Positions 9,528 through 17,626 of a stretch of 17,626 nucleotides of DNA are shown in pieces. The stretch's first letter is position 1. Each line of letters starts with the position of its first letter. Position numbers and translations under genes: made by a program. Under the pieces are notes generated by a model. The model saw only the letters and a program-made list of their open reading frames with translations. It made no database searches and had not been told where the DNA came from. This DNA is from Archangiaceae bacterium (GTDB lineage Bacteria; Myxococcota; Myxococcia; Myxococcales; Myxococcaceae), in contig JAYVCD010000015.1 of NCBI GenBank assembly GCA_043750125.1, forward strand, positions 1 to 17,626, written 5' to 3'.

Positions 9528-12251
9528 CTACTTCGGAGCGGGGACCGACTTGAAGTCGCCCGCCTTCACTCCGGTGAGCTTCGAAGGATCGAGGTGCTTC
9601 TTCGTCGCCGCGCTGACCTGGGCCGCGGTGAGCGACATCAGCTTCGTGTCGATGCTCTCTTCGAAGCTGAGCGTGCGCCCGAGGAAGAGGTCGCCGTTGA
9701 GCATCATCGCCAGGCTGTTGTCGTCGGCGCGCGCCTGCTCTCGCGATTGCATCAGGCCCGGCCGCGCGTCCTTCACTTCCTTCTCGGTGAAGCCCGACTC
9801 GACCGCCTTCTTCAGCTCTTCGTTCATTCCCCGCTCGACCTTCTCGAGGTTCTGAGGCGCGAAGATCGCGTAGCCGTACATCGCCGCCGCATCTTCCAGC
9901 GGAGGCACCCGCAGGTACGTGCCCGCCCCATAGGAAAGACCTTCGCTCTCGCGCAGGCGCTTGGTGATTCGCCCGCTCATGAAGCCGCCCCCCAACAGGT
10001 AGTCGGCCATGATCATCGCCGGAAATTCCGGGTCTGCGTCGTTGAGCGCGAAGTCCAGCCCGACGCCGTAGAACGCGTTGGCCTTGTCCGGCAGCGGCAG
10101 AAAGAGCGTGGTCCCGGTGCTCTTCTTGTGAGGCCGGGGAATGCGGTCGAAGGCCTGGGGCGCTTTCCAACCGCCGAGCAGCGCTTCGAGCTTCGGCTTC
10201 ACTTCTTCCGGGTCGAAGTCGCCGACCATCGCCAGCTCGGCGTTCTGCGCCCCGTAGTGTTTGGCGTGGAAGGCCTGCACCTCTTCTCTCTTGATGCGGG
10301 TCGCGGCGGCAATCGACTCGTCCGGGGTGGGGACGTTGAACGGATGTCCGGCCGGCCAGGGCTCGACGGCGCGGCGCAGCTCGAGGAACCCGATCTGGGT
10401 GGGCTCGGTCTTCACCTGTTCCAGCTGCGAAAGCGTCTCGCGGCGCAGTTGCTCGAACTCGTTGGGGTCGAACAGCGGCTCTTTCAACGCCTCGGTGATC
10501 AGCTCGAGCGTCTCGAGCAGCGCGACCTTGCGCACCTCGACTGTGACCACCACTCCCTGCGCTCCAGGCTGAATCTGGACCAGGGCGTTGAGCCGATCGA
10601 GCGCGTCCTTGAACGCCTGGCGCGAGTGTTTCTTGGTTCCGCGGGTCAGCATCTTCGCGGTCATTTCCATCGCCTCTCGCTGGTTCATCAGGGTCTGCAG
10701 CGTTCCGTAGTGAATCGTCAGCGCGAAGTTCAGCCGCTCGCCGCGGGTCTTCTTCGGCAGCAGCGCCCACTTCAGCCCGTTGGACAGCTGACCCCTCTGG
10801 GTCCGGGCCTCGATGTTCTTCGGGGCCACATCGAACGTCTCGCCGACCGACATCGCCGCCGAACCTTTGAAGTCCTTCAGCATCGTCGCCACGTCTGCCG
10901 CGGGCGGAATTTCGATGCGCTGCGGCTTCTCGGTCGGCACGTACTCGCCCAGCGTTCGGTTCGAGCTCAGCAGGTACTTCGCAGCCACCTTGTTCACGTC
11001 GTCGGCGGTGACCGCTTTGATCCGGTCGCGGTGGACGAACAGCATTCGCCAGTCTCCCATCGCGGCGCACTCAGAGAGGATGAGCCCGATGCGCTCGGAC
11101 GAATTGAGGATCAGCTCGAGCTGCTTGAGCAGCCCGGCCTTCGCCCGCTCGGTCTGTTCCTTGGTGACCGGTTTGGCCGTCAGGCCTTCGGAAATCGAAA
11201 GCAACGCCGAGCGCGCAGCGTCGACGTTGTCGCCGGGCTTCAGCTCGACCTGGCAATACATGAAGCCTGGGTCTTTGAGCTGGTAGTTGCTGCAGGCGAC
11301 GTGGGCCGCCTTCTTCGTTTCGACCAGCGCGGTGTGCAGCCGCCCGCTCGGGGCATCGCCCAGCACCTGGGTCAGGACGTCGACCGCAGCGAACTCGGGG
11401 TCGCTTCCCGCAGGGACGTGCCAGCCGGCCATCAGCGTGGGCACGCCCCCCGAACGACGCACGAACACCGAGCGCTCTCCGTCCTGCGCGGGCTCGAGGG
11501 TGTAGGTCGGCCAGAGCTTGCTCTTCGGCTTGGGGATCTTCCCGAACGCTTCGGCGACCCACTTGAAGACCTTCGCTTCATCGAACTTTCCAGCGATGAC
11601 CAGCATCGCGTTGTCCGGCTGGTAGTGCCGCTTGTAGAAATCTTTGAGCCGTTCGATCGGGACCAGCTCGATGTCGCTTTTGGGCCCGATCGTCGAATGC
11701 CCGTAGTGGTGCCACTGGTACGCCGCGGCCATCACCCGTTCGTTGAGGACGCTCGACGGCTCGCTCTCGCCCATTTCGAACTCGTTGCGGACGACGGTCA
11801 TCTCGGCATCGAGATCTTTCTTCGCGATGAAGGCGTTGATCAGGCGATCGGCTTCGAATCGCAGCGCCCACTCGGTGTTCGCGTCGGTCGCGGGCATCGA
11901 CTCGTAGTAGTTGGTGCGGTCGAACCAGGTGGTGCCGTTGGCTTCGGCCCCGTGATCCGAGAGCGCCTGCTTGGCATCGGGCGTCTTCGGAGTCCCCTTG
12001 AACATCAGGTGTTCGAGCAGGTGCGCCATTCCTCCTTCGCCTCCACCCTCGTGGCGGCTGCCGACGAAGAGGGTGAGGTTGATGGTCACCGTCGGCTTGC
12101 TCGAATCTGGAACGAGGACGACCTTCAGCCCGTTCGCGAGCGCGTACTCGCGCAGCCCTTCTGCCTCGGAGACGAGGGTGAAGGCTTTGGGGACGGGGGG
12201 AACGGCAGGAGCAGCGACGAGCAGCACGGCCGTGAGTCGAGCGATCAGCAT
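9528..12251 (-). CDS. M16 family (pitrilysin/PqqL-like) zinc peptidase, four-domain, exported
   Basis: GMAHLLEHLMFKGT (HxxEH), NGTTWFDRTNY, VVRNE; inactive second half with the R/Y pair (RLRESEGLSYG); N-terminal signal-like segment. Confidence 0.93.
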   Translation of the reverse strand: MLIARLTAVLLVAAPAVPPVPKAFTLVSEAEGLREYALANGLKVVLVPDSSKPTVTINLTLFVGSRHEGGGEGGMAHLLEHLMFKGTPKTPDAKQALSDHGAEANGTTWFDRTNYYESMPATDANTEWALRFEADRLINAFIAKKDLDAEMTVVRNEFEMGESEPSSVLNERVMAAAYQWHHYGHSTIGPKSDIELVPIERLKDFYKRHYQPDNAMLVIAGKFDEAKVFKWVAEAFGKIPKPKSKLWPTYTLEPAQDGERSVFVRRSGGVPTLMAGWHVPAGSDPEFAAVDVLTQVLGDAPSGRLHTALVETKKAAHVACSNYQLKDPGFMYCQVELKPGDNVDAARSALLSISEGLTAKPVTKEQTERAKAGLLKQLELILNSSERIGLILSECAAMGDWRMLFVHRDRIKAVTADDVNKVAAKYLLSSNRTLGEYVPTEKPQRIEIPPAADVATMLKDFKGSAAMSVGETFDVAPKNIEARTQRGQLSNGLKWALLPKKTRGERLNFALTIHYGTLQTLMNQREAMEMTAKMLTRGTKKHSRQAFKDALDRLNALVQIQPGAQGVVVTVEVRKVALLETLELITEALKEPLFDPNEFEQLRRETLSQLEQVKTEPTQIGFLELRRAVEPWPAGHPFNVPTPDESIAAATRIKREEVQAFHAKHYGAQNAELAMVGDFDPEEVKPKLEALLGGWKAPQAFDRIPRPHKKSTGTTLFLPLPDKANAFYGVGLDFALNDADPEFPAMIMADYLLGGGFMSGRITKRLRESEGLSYGAGTYLRVPPLEDAAAMYGYAIFAPQNLEKVERGMNEELKKAVESGFTEKEVKDARPGLMQSREQARADDNSLAMMLNGDLFLGRTLSFEESIDTKLMSLTAAQVSAATKKHLDPSKLTGVKAGDFKSVPAPK

Positions 12252-12327
12252 CCGGGGTCAATACGCGCCTTCGCTCACCCGCCATAGAGATCAATTGAAA
12301 CTGACGGCGGGGCCCGCGCAGCGGTGC

Positions 12328-13896
12328 TTACTGGGCCGGCAAGGTGATCGACCCCTGCGCGCAAGTCAGCCGGACCTGGTTCTCGAGCACCGGCGCGGAA
12401 GGAGCGTCGGCGAAGTTGGCCAGCACGATTTCGCGCGACATCCCTGCGGGCAAGTTCGCGAAGTCCGCCTGGCGCTGGCCGGGAATCAAGATCGAACAGC
12501 GGGTGAAGCTGAAGCTGCCGTTGTTCTTCAGTCGCACCGCGCGCGAAGGCTCTTGCACCAGGATCATCGAGGCGTTGAGCGGGCCCCTGACTCCGGTCGT
12601 CGGTGAAGTTCGCTTCACCGCCGCGGTCGGGACCAGGTCCAAATTTGCAGGGCCCGCGTCGCTCATCGCCACGGGAGCCACCGCCACCGGAGCGACCGCC
12701 ATCACGGGAGTCTGCGGCTGCGCCGGAACCGTCGGTGGTTCCGCCTTCACGGTCGAACGGGTCGACTCCGAATTGTCCGTGGTCCTGAAAAACCACAGCC
12801 CGCCCCCGAGCAACACCACCGCGAGCACCGCTGCCGCAATCAGCGGGGTCCGGGTCGGCCGCACCGCTTTCAGCGCCCCTTCCGACAACAGTTCGGACGC
12901 TCTGACCGAAGGCAGGGTCTGCGCCGTGGCCTGTGGGCTGAGGCTCGACAGTTTGGACAGCAACCGCTGGTTCGACTGGTAGGCCTCGCGGCACTTGAGC
13001 TTCACCCAGTCTCCCACCTGCTTGCGGGTGGGCTGCCCGAGCCGAGTCAGTTGGGCCAGCAGCGCGCGCGCAAAATCATCAGTGCTCGGGTAGCGATCCG
13101 AAGCGGTTTTCGAGAGCGCCTTCTGCACCACCGCGTCGAGCTCGAGGTCCACTTCGCTGCGCAGCGGTGCAAGCGGCTGCCGCTTCGGGTGGGCCATCGC
13201 GACCATCGTCTCGGGCGTGGTACCGGCCGCGACGTAGTGCCGACCGGCGAGCAGTTCCCACAACATCACCGCCAACGAGTACTGGTCGGCGCGCGCATCG
13301 ACCTGCTCGCCCAGCGCCTGCTCCGGCGCCATGTAGCCGAGCTTGCCAATCACCATCTGGGCCTGGGTCGAATGGCTGCGCGCCGTCGAGCGCGCGATCC
13401 CGAAGTCGATCACCTTCACCTCGCCCTCGAAGCTGATCATCACGTTCTGGGGCGAGACATCGCGGTGGACGATCGACATCGCGACCCCGTCGAGCCCCAC
13501 CTTGTTGTGCGCGTAGCCCAGCCCTTCGGCCGCCTGCCACGCAATGAAGACCGCGATCGGCACCGGAATCAGCTCGTCGGCCTGGGCCACTTGCGAGACG
13601 AGTCTGGCCACGTCGATGCCCGCGACGTATTCCAGCGCCATGAACAGCACGCCCTCGTCCTGATCCAGGTCGTAGATCTGCGCGATGTTCGAGTGAGACA
13701 GGTGCACCAGCACCTTTCCTTCATGGTGGAACCGCTGAACGAACTGCTCGTCCCTGGCCAGCGCCGGCAGCACCGTCTTGACGATCGCCGGCTTCTCGAA
13801 CCCGCCCGGCCCAGACAGCCGCGCGAGCCACACCTCTCCCATTCCTCCCTGGCCCAACGGTTCGACCAGCTCGTAGCGCCCCAGCCGTTTCTTCAC
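12328..13896 (-). CDS. Hanks-type membrane Ser/Thr protein kinase with small extracytoplasmic beta-rich domain
   Basis: GQGGMG, AIVK, HRDVSPQN, DFG, YMAPE, DQYSL; TM helix LIAAAVLAVVLLGGGLWFF. GTG 13896 overlaps the permease stop (GTGA). Confidence 0.92.
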   Translation of the reverse strand: MKKRLGRYELVEPLGQGGMGEVWLARLSGPGGFEKPAIVKTVLPALARDEQFVQRFHHEGKVLVHLSHSNIAQIYDLDQDEGVLFMALEYVAGIDVARLVSQVAQADELIPVPIAVFIAWQAAEGLGYAHNKVGLDGVAMSIVHRDVSPQNVMISFEGEVKVIDFGIARSTARSHSTQAQMVIGKLGYMAPEQALGEQVDARADQYSLAVMLWELLAGRHYVAAGTTPETMVAMAHPKRQPLAPLRSEVDLELDAVVQKALSKTASDRYPSTDDFARALLAQLTRLGQPTRKQVGDWVKLKCREAYQSNQRLLSKLSSLSPQATAQTLPSVRASELLSEGALKAVRPTRTPLIAAAVLAVVLLGGGLWFFRTTDNSESTRSTVKAEPPTVPAQPQTPVMAVAPVAVAPVAMSDAGPANLDLVPTAAVKRTSPTTGVRGPLNASMILVQEPSRAVRLKNNGSFSFTRCSILIPGQRQADFANLPAGMSREIVLANFADAPSAPVLENQVRLTCAQGSITLPAQ

Positions 13897-15206
13897 GGCA
13901 CGACCTTCACCGCGATCGGGACCCGACGGGTGAGCTTCCACGCCACCAGGCCTACCGCGGTGACGACCGCCACTCCGGCGAGCAGTGGAAGCTTCTCGTG
14001 AAAGCCGGTCCACAACATGAACACCGCCGAGACGCAGTACACCCCAGCGGCGATCAGCGCCGAGGTCTTCACGTCTTTGCCTTTGAGTCGCGCGGGAAAC
14101 AGCCCGAGGACGGTGAGCGCCGCGAAGAGAACGAGGATCGCTCCGACGTTGGTGAGGACGTCCTTGAGCGTCTGGGTGAAGACCAGGATCAACGCGATCG
14201 CGCCCTGCAGCAGCACGCTCATCGTCGGCGGCTTGCCCTCGCGGCCGATGAACACCCTGGGAAGAAAGCCGTCGGTCGCCATCGCGGCGTAGACCCGTGG
14301 GCCGATCATGATCATCGCGGACATGGCCGAGAGGAACGCGAGCACGATGACGAGGCTCATCAGCGACGCGGCCCTTGAGCCCAGCAGCCGGTTCATCAGC
14401 GCGTGGCCGACGGTGACAGGCTCTTTTGAAAAGACGATCGCCCCATCTGCCGGAGTGAGATTCGCCGCGAAGATGTAGTTGACGACCAGGTACAGCACCG
14501 CGACTGCGCTGCAGCCAATCAACATCGCGCGGGGCACGGTGCGCCCGGGGTTTTCGAATTCTTCCGACGCATAGACCGCGGCGTTCCAACCGCTGAAGGC
14601 GAACGCGATGAAGAACAAGCTTCCCACCATCGCACTGAGCGGGAAGCCGTCGATCGCCGTCGGAGGCACCCAGGTCGGCCACGCCACCGTGCCTGCGACC
14701 AGCCCGACCGCGACGAAGCCCAGCACCAGCATCACCTTCACCGCCACCAGGATGTTCTGTGCGCGGGCCGACAGGTGCAGTCCCAGCGCATGCACCGCGG
14801 TCAACGCGATCACCAGCCCGACCGCGACCGCCTTGGTCGGCGTCGACGGGATGACGGTGCCCAGGAACACGCCTGCTCCGAGCGCGTCTGCGGCGATCGG
14901 CGCCGAGAAGCCGACCAGCAGCGAGGCCCACCCGGCCAGATAGCCCAGCGCGGGGTGAAGCAGCTCTGAGAGGTAGCGGTACTCGCCGCCGCTGCGAGGG
15001 ACGAGCCGGGCGACTTCCGCGTAGGCGTACGCCCCCGAGAGCGCGAGCACCGACCCGATGATCCACGCCAGCATCAGCGGGCCCGGGGGCAGCGACTGCG
15101 CCATGAAGCCGAAGGAAAGAAAGACGCCGATGCCCACCATGTTGGCGATCACCAGACCAACACCGGACCACAGGCCAAACAGTTTGCGCGGCGGAGCGAA
15201 TGTCAC
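13893..15206 (-). CDS. APC superfamily amino-acid permease
   Basis: TM1 IANMVGIGVF, YAEVARLVPRSGGEYRYL, TM6 FAFSGWN, EEFENPGRTVPRA, GPRVYAAMATDG; about 12 hydrophobic segments. GTG 15206 preferred (TAGAGT 8 nt upstream); ATG 15275 is an alternative. Confidence 0.92.
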   Translation of the reverse strand: MTFAPPRKLFGLWSGVGLVIANMVGIGVFLSFGFMAQSLPPGPLMLAWIIGSVLALSGAYAYAEVARLVPRSGGEYRYLSELLHPALGYLAGWASLLVGFSAPIAADALGAGVFLGTVIPSTPTKAVAVGLVIALTAVHALGLHLSARAQNILVAVKVMLVLGFVAVGLVAGTVAWPTWVPPTAIDGFPLSAMVGSLFFIAFAFSGWNAAVYASEEFENPGRTVPRAMLIGCSAVAVLYLVVNYIFAANLTPADGAIVFSKEPVTVGHALMNRLLGSRAASLMSLVIVLAFLSAMSAMIMIGPRVYAAMATDGFLPRVFIGREGKPPTMSVLLQGAIALILVFTQTLKDVLTNVGAILVLFAALTVLGLFPARLKGKDVKTSALIAAGVYCVSAVFMLWTGFHEKLPLLAGVAVVTAVGLVAWKLTRRVPIAVKVVP

Positions 15207-15340
15207 GGCGCGGCACTCTAGGAGGGCCGAACGCCGCCAAGGTGCGGAAAGCGCAACTTTCAACCTGTTCTCCATCTTCTTCGCCGGGGCAGGGACGCCG
15301 GGAAGGGGGCCGTTGGAAGTCGATGCGAGGTGGGTTGAGG

Positions 15341-15376
15341 TTGCGCCTGGGCCAGATGACCATTTAGAGTGGTCAT
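15341..15376 (+). promoter_or_regulatory. TA operon promoter with palindromic operator
   Basis: TTGCGC (15341-15346), 18 nt, TAGAGT (15365-15370); inverted repeat ATGACCA-N7-TGGTCAT (15356-15376) spans the -10 and abuts the GTG. Confidence 0.7.
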
Positions 15377-15625
15377 GTGAAAGCAATGAACGCGACCGAG
15401 TTCAAGGCCAGGTGTCTGTCCGTGTTGGACCAGGTTCAAAAGACCGGTGAGCCGGTGCTGATTCTCAAGCGGGGGAAAGCAGTGGCGCGGGTCGCGAGCG
15501 CCTTTGTCGGGAAGGCCGGGCCTCCCAAAGACAGGCTCAAGGGAACGATCGAAGTCCTTGGCGACATCACTGGCCCGGTGTTGCCCGCTGCTGCCTGGCA
15601 CGCAGTGTCCGGCAAGGGAAAGTGA
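15377..15625 (+). CDS. Phd/YefM family antitoxin
   Basis: NATEFKARCLSVLDQVQKTGEPVLILKRGKAVARV; 82 aa; stop overlaps the toxin start. Confidence 0.92.
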   Translation: MKAMNATEFKARCLSVLDQVQKTGEPVLILKRGKAVARVASAFVGKAGPPKDRLKGTIEVLGDITGPVLPAAAWHAVSGKGK

Positions 15626-16020
15626 TTCTCGTCCTCGATACCCATGTCTTGTTGTGGTGGCTCAGTGATTCGGGTCGGCTCTCACGACCGCAACTCAACG
15701 CGCTGAAGAAGGTGAGCGCGGACTCGCCCGCCCACGTCTCGGACATCAGCCTCTGGGAGATCGCGACCCTGGCCCAGTTGGGCCGAATTCGACTCCGGAT
15801 GCCCTTGCGCGAGTGGCTGGACATTGCCCTCGAGCCGCCCTGGGTCGAGCTGCAAGCGATCAGCCCGGCCGTCGCCGCCGAGGTCGCTTCTTTGCCAGAC
15901 AGCTTTCATCGGGATCCTGGCGACCGAATCATCGTTGCAACGGCGCGGGTGCTAGGCGCTCGACTGCTGACGCGCGATAAGGCGATCATCGCTTCCGGTC
16001 TGGTTCCGGTCATCGCTTGA
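15622..16020 (+). CDS. vapC: VapC family PIN-domain toxin
   Basis: LDTHVLLW, SLWEI, HRDPGDRIIVATA, LLTRD; acidic active-site residues intact. Confidence 0.93.
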   Translation: MILVLDTHVLLWWLSDSGRLSRPQLNALKKVSADSPAHVSDISLWEIATLAQLGRIRLRMPLREWLDIALEPPWVELQAISPAVAAEVASLPDSFHRDPGDRIIVATARVLGARLLTRDKAIIASGLVPVIA

Positions 16021-16028
16021 AAAATCTC

Positions 16029-16331
16029 ATGAAAATGCTCGCCGTCTGGCTGCTGGCTCTGTGCGCGTGCGGTGGCACCGAGATCAATTCCGGCTCTTAC
16101 GATCAGACCTGCACCGTCGATGCGAACTGCACCCCGGTGTTTCAAGGCGACGCGTGCGCCCCGTGCCGCTGCACCAACGCCGCCGTCAACAGCTCTCAGG
16201 CCGCGCGGTACGAATCGGACCTGCTCAACCTTCGAACCCGCTGCGGCCCGGTACCCGAAGTCGCCTGCGCGGCCTGCCTGCCCAGGCGGGGCCTTTGCAT
16301 CGGTTCCACGTGCTCGGCACGCCCCGAGTAG
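16029..16331 (+). CDS. Small Cys-rich lipoprotein
   Basis: MKMLAVWLLALCA-C lipobox; 10 further Cys in the mature part (C-x5-C, CxxCxC, CxxC, C-x4-C). TTG 16017 is an alternative start. Confidence 0.8.
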   Translation: MKMLAVWLLALCACGGTEINSGSYDQTCTVDANCTPVFQGDACAPCRCTNAAVNSSQAARYESDLLNLRTRCGPVPEVACAACLPRRGLCIGSTCSARPE

Positions 16332-16346
16332 GTTAAAGCGGGGCCC

Positions 16347-17534
16347 ATGATCGCCCTTCCGATTCTGATTCTGCTGGCTGCTCCGCCTGCCGCTGCTGCC
16401 CCCGCTCCCGTTGCTGCTGCCCCCGCCGCTGCTGCCGCCGACGGGACGCTCGATTTTACCAACGAGGCGAAGTTGTTGTTCCGGGTGGTCGCCTGTGAGG
16501 GCGATGCTCCGCTGCCCAAGAACATCGATGAGAAGGTGGTCGCCGAGCACTGCAAAGAGCTGCACAAGCGCACCGAGAAATACAAGCAGACGTGGATCAA
16601 CGTCGCCGAGCCGTTCTTGCAGAAGCTGAAGACGGCGGGCTTGCCGACGACGGTCGTCTACCCTTTCGGCGGGGGAGATTTGATTTCCGCGCTCACCACC
16701 TGGCCCGAGGCGAAAGAAATCACCACCCTGTCGCTCGAGCACGCCGGGGACCCGCGCCGGATCAACCAGATTGATTCGAAGCAGCTGAAGACCAGCCTCG
16801 ATCTGATCCGCTCGATTTCTGCCGGCCTGCTGACCGCCAACGACAGCAAGACCGAGAACCTGATGAAGGGCCAGCGCGGCGAGCTGCCCGGTCAGCTGTC
16901 CTTCTTCCTGATTGCTCTGGCGGTGCACGGGTATGAGCCGGTGGCATTGCGCTACGTGCGCGTCGAGCCCGACGGCTCGCTGCACGGCATCACCCAGAAG
17001 GACGTAGATGACCTCGCGAAGAAGGACGCGCAGCTGCTCAAGCAGGGGTGGACGTCGCCCGACTTCTCGGAAGCCTTCAGCAACATCGAGCTCAAGTTCC
17101 AGAAGAAGGGAGACCCTTCGAACACCAAGGTTCACCGCCACTTCGCCGAGAACCTCGACGACGATCATTTCGGCACCGAGCCGGGAATGAAGAAGCACCT
17201 CGAGGCCAAAGGGCAGGTCGTCGCGATGACCAAGGCTGCCAGCTACCTGCTCTGGCGCCCGAACTTTTCCGCGATTCGAAACTACCTGCTCGACCACATG
17301 GAATTCATGTTCTCGGACAGCACCGGAGTTCCCCCTTCCTACGCCACCGCCAAGGGCTTCACCCAGACGACTTTCGGTCGGTTCGACGAGTCGTTCCTCG
17401 CGGGCAACGCGACCTTCAACTCGGACTTCAAGAAGCTGTGGGAAAAAGCCGAGCCGCTGCCGTTTCGCTACGGCTACCTCGACAAGAAGCTGCAGAAGCA
17501 CATGCTGGTGACGCAGAAGGCGGCCAAGAAGTAA
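16347..17534 (+). CDS. Secreted hypothetical protein (395 aa)
   Basis: Signal-like N-terminus plus Ala/Pro linker; strong GC3 bias; motif-like blocks YPFGGGD, KAASYLL, SDSTGVP, LPFRYGY. Confidence 0.85.
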   Translation: MIALPILILLAAPPAAAAPAPVAAAPAAAAADGTLDFTNEAKLLFRVVACEGDAPLPKNIDEKVVAEHCKELHKRTEKYKQTWINVAEPFLQKLKTAGLPTTVVYPFGGGDLISALTTWPEAKEITTLSLEHAGDPRRINQIDSKQLKTSLDLIRSISAGLLTANDSKTENLMKGQRGELPGQLSFFLIALAVHGYEPVALRYVRVEPDGSLHGITQKDVDDLAKKDAQLLKQGWTSPDFSEAFSNIELKFQKKGDPSNTKVHRHFAENLDDDHFGTEPGMKKHLEAKGQVVAMTKAASYLLWRPNFSAIRNYLLDHMEFMFSDSTGVPPSYATAKGFTQTTFGRFDESFLAGNATFNSDFKKLWEKAEPLPFRYGYLDKKLQKHMLVTQKAAKK

Positions 17535-17536
17535 GC

Positions 17537-17626
17537 GTGAGGGGCCTCGCGCTGGTGCTGCTGACCGCCCTGGCCGATGGGGGGCTCGAGCCGGTCGAAA
17601 TCCAGACTCCCGCGGTCGCGTTGGCC
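17537..17626 (+). CDS. 5' end of a probable secreted protein (truncated by the window)
   Basis: GTG 2 nt after the previous stop; MRGLALVLLTALADGGLEPVEIQTPAVALA, open to the window end. Confidence 0.55.
   Translation, partial: MRGLALVLLTALADGGLEPVEIQTPAVALA

Noticed and set aside
9594..12287. 897-aa plus-strand ORF, and similar ones at 4085-5395, 13051-14001 and 15906-17501
   Set aside because: Antisense shadows of real genes, expected in high-GC DNA; no recognisable motifs.
12328..15363. 1011-aa ORF suggesting a large N-terminal extension or permease-kinase fusion
   Set aside because: The first 489 codons are an Arg/Pro-rich off-frame reading of the permease gene. The kinase starts at GTG 13896 with an ordinary 4-nt overlap, and I see no slippery site.
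16321..16440. GCCCCG/CGGGGC inverted repeat at 16321-16344 and GCTGCTGCCCCCGC repeats at 16392-16426
   Set aside because: Short GC-rich stem with no U-tract; the repeats just encode an Ala/Pro linker.

Overview
GC-rich bacterial DNA, most likely Myxococcota (inferred from an HRDVSPQN-type Ser/Thr kinase, a stand-alone MshEN/GspE-N protein, Cys-rich lipoproteins and a MYXO-CTERM-like tail). It holds a minus-strand Kdo/CTP cluster (kdsB-ppa-pyrG-kdsA-kdsC, no kdsD), a decaying accessory patch at 6.9-8.9 kb (degenerate phosphodiester-glycosidase gene, orphan lipoprotein with a sigma54-type promoter, LysR remnant), a minus-strand run of APC permease, membrane Ser/Thr kinase, M16 peptidase and miaE, a Phd/YefM-VapC toxin-antitoxin pair with a palindromic operator, and several secreted or lipoproteins of unknown function. 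I see no clearly new multi-gene system. The best leads are a KdsA with Asp at the Cys/Asn metal-switch position, a recurrent -10-like hexamer 6-8 nt before start codons (leaderless mRNAs), D-[AG]-G enrichment in exported proteins, and the coupled permease-kinase pair. All family calls are from motif recognition; no searches were run.
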